This document shows positions 62,421 through 64,000 of a stretch of DNA of 64,000 bases, in pieces; position 1 is the stretch's first letter, and every line of letters begins with the position of its first letter. Below the pieces are notes generated by a model that was not told the origin of the DNA, searched no databases, and worked only from the letters and a program-made list of their open reading frames with translations. The position numbers and the translations under genes were made by a program. Source of the DNA: Iphione sp. A-MEVVRFRX5 (lineage: Eukaryota); NCBI GenBank assembly GCA_976226885.1, contig OZ320316.1, positions 28,520,001-28,584,000 on the forward strand, written 5' to 3'.

Positions 62421-62879
62421 TTGGAAATTGTGCTCTTTTAAAAAAAAGGAATTGAAAGTTGTATATTTGTGGTTATTTTAAGAGGTAGTGGAAGAACAGA
62501 CATGACTCCATTTTGATGGTAACAGGAAGCATTGCCATTTCTTCTTTTGTATCTTGGGCCTTGTGAACCTCACTTGGTCAAGCAAGTGTTCAGGTGTTAC
62601 GATACTGGTGCATGAAGTGGTACTGCAGTTACATATAGAGTGGAAATGAGTGTTTTATTTTGGTAGCTTTTATTTCAACCTAGGCACATGGCTGGAAACA
62701 GGAAGTAGCAGTGAGGTAAAACATCCAGTGAGTAAAACTGAGTGGCTCTAAATTTGCCCTAAGGTGGCAGCACTGCATTGGGTGGATATCACTACAGTGC
62801 AGTACACAAATCATCGCTTAAATGATGTCACTGATCACATAATTAATTTACTAGTTAAACAATTTGGTGAATTTGACTT

Positions 62880-63061
62880 TAGTGATATAACTGACGTCAT
62901 ACCATGGGGCTATCCTTGGAAGACCAAGGCCACATTTTTGTAGCCCAGTTTTTCTCCTCACTGCTCCACTACCCTGTTCCCATATCCCAGCACCCAGCTT
63001 AAGAAATAATGGCTAGATTGCAAACAGCTCAACCCTTGACATGACATCACTTATATCACTA
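62880..63061. mobile_element. Small MITE with TAG..CTA termini (Academ-like)
   Basis: TAGTGATATAACTGACGTCAT versus reverse complement TAGTGATATAAGTGATGTCAT; flanks ACTT/AATT. Confidence 0.35.
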
Positions 63062-64000
63062 AATTAATCATATCCATGTTCTCATTTAAGTCTGGCAAAT
63101 AGTGTCTTTTTGCTGCTATTGTTGATTTGTTAGTAAAATTACTCAGATATTTGTTATCATGATGTCAGTCTCAATATTGTGGTGTGTGCATGTATGTAAG
63201 TTGTGCGATCTGGCCCAGTGAATCTGTTTCAAGTGATCTGCGTCAGGTGATCTGTTTTAAGTGATCTGTTTCATTCATGGATTGTACTGCACATTAAAGG
63301 CGTAAGTGTAGTCTGTGACACAGTAAGGTTGAATACTGCGCAGATTCCTCCAGACCAGGCATATGTCTAGACTGTATACTATTATTAGCAACTCTTATGT
63401 ACCTGTCATATATAAACCTCATGTTTTTCTGAATAAACAGACCCTTTCTCTTTGCATGCACAAGAAAGATCACCCCATGCACAACTATTTAGAGTAATTG
63501 GAGTGAACCAGATTCTTTATCTTTGTTAGTCTGTTTAACCTTTGGCAACCAGAGCTCATCCAGACATTGACATGTTACAATATTTTCATGGATCATTTCA
63601 TATATTTAAGGGAGATTTCAGGTACATACATTTTTCTGGGCATAGAATTTTAATGTTGTGCAAAACTACATGTCTGATGTTATTATTTTTACATATGTCA
63701 TATTATAAAGTCCAAGTAACCTGGAAATTTAATTAAATGATTTCACATTCATAGCCCTATGGGTGGGAAGAGGTGAAATATGGTTCATGCTAACCAATTA
63801 TCCATATTCTAAATTTAGCAAATGTCTGCAACTTGGTTTCATTTACATGGTCACGGATTACATTTACTATGAATACCAAGAAAATACATGTATTTAAATT
63901 TCTTAATGTAGCCACCATAAAAATAAATTCATGGAAAAAGTACATTACCGGTTTGTATATTACAGAAATTAATGTTTCTAAATGGAAATATACATGGGAT

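Noticed and set aside
1-64000. rRNA, intact tRNA or CRISPR arrays
   Set aside because: None seen; tandem repeats here lack unique spacers and the context is eukaryotic.

Overview
Invertebrate-animal genomic DNA (spliceosomal introns, many microsatellites), dominated by nested mobile elements. The centrepiece is a complete 21.2-kb Polinton/Maverick (adintovirus-like) element at 26853-48086, with 94-bp TIRs and a perfect 6-bp TSD (AGTACA). It encodes pPolB, a packaging ATPase, an integrase with chromodomain, minor and major capsid proteins, an adenain-like protease and several accessory genes. Four things about it are unusual. (1) pPolB carries a C-terminal NADAR (YbiA-like) domain. (2) pPolB appears to be a 4-exon spliced gene of about 1850 aa. 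(3) It has a divergent pair of type I membrane proteins with LRR-cap-like ectodomains, one with an ITIM-like tail and one spliced to a roughly 870-aa disordered tail. (4) The major capsid gene is broken while the replication and integration genes are intact. The element sits in the LTR of a decayed Gypsy element that has an env-like ORF. Outside it are a Crypton-type tyrosine recombinase gene preceded by a 131-nt hairpin, a complete 17-exon MATE/SLC47-like host gene, a partial BTB-domain host gene, a decayed DIRS1-like retroelement, MITEs and minisatellites. All domain calls are motif recognition by eye; no database searches were run.
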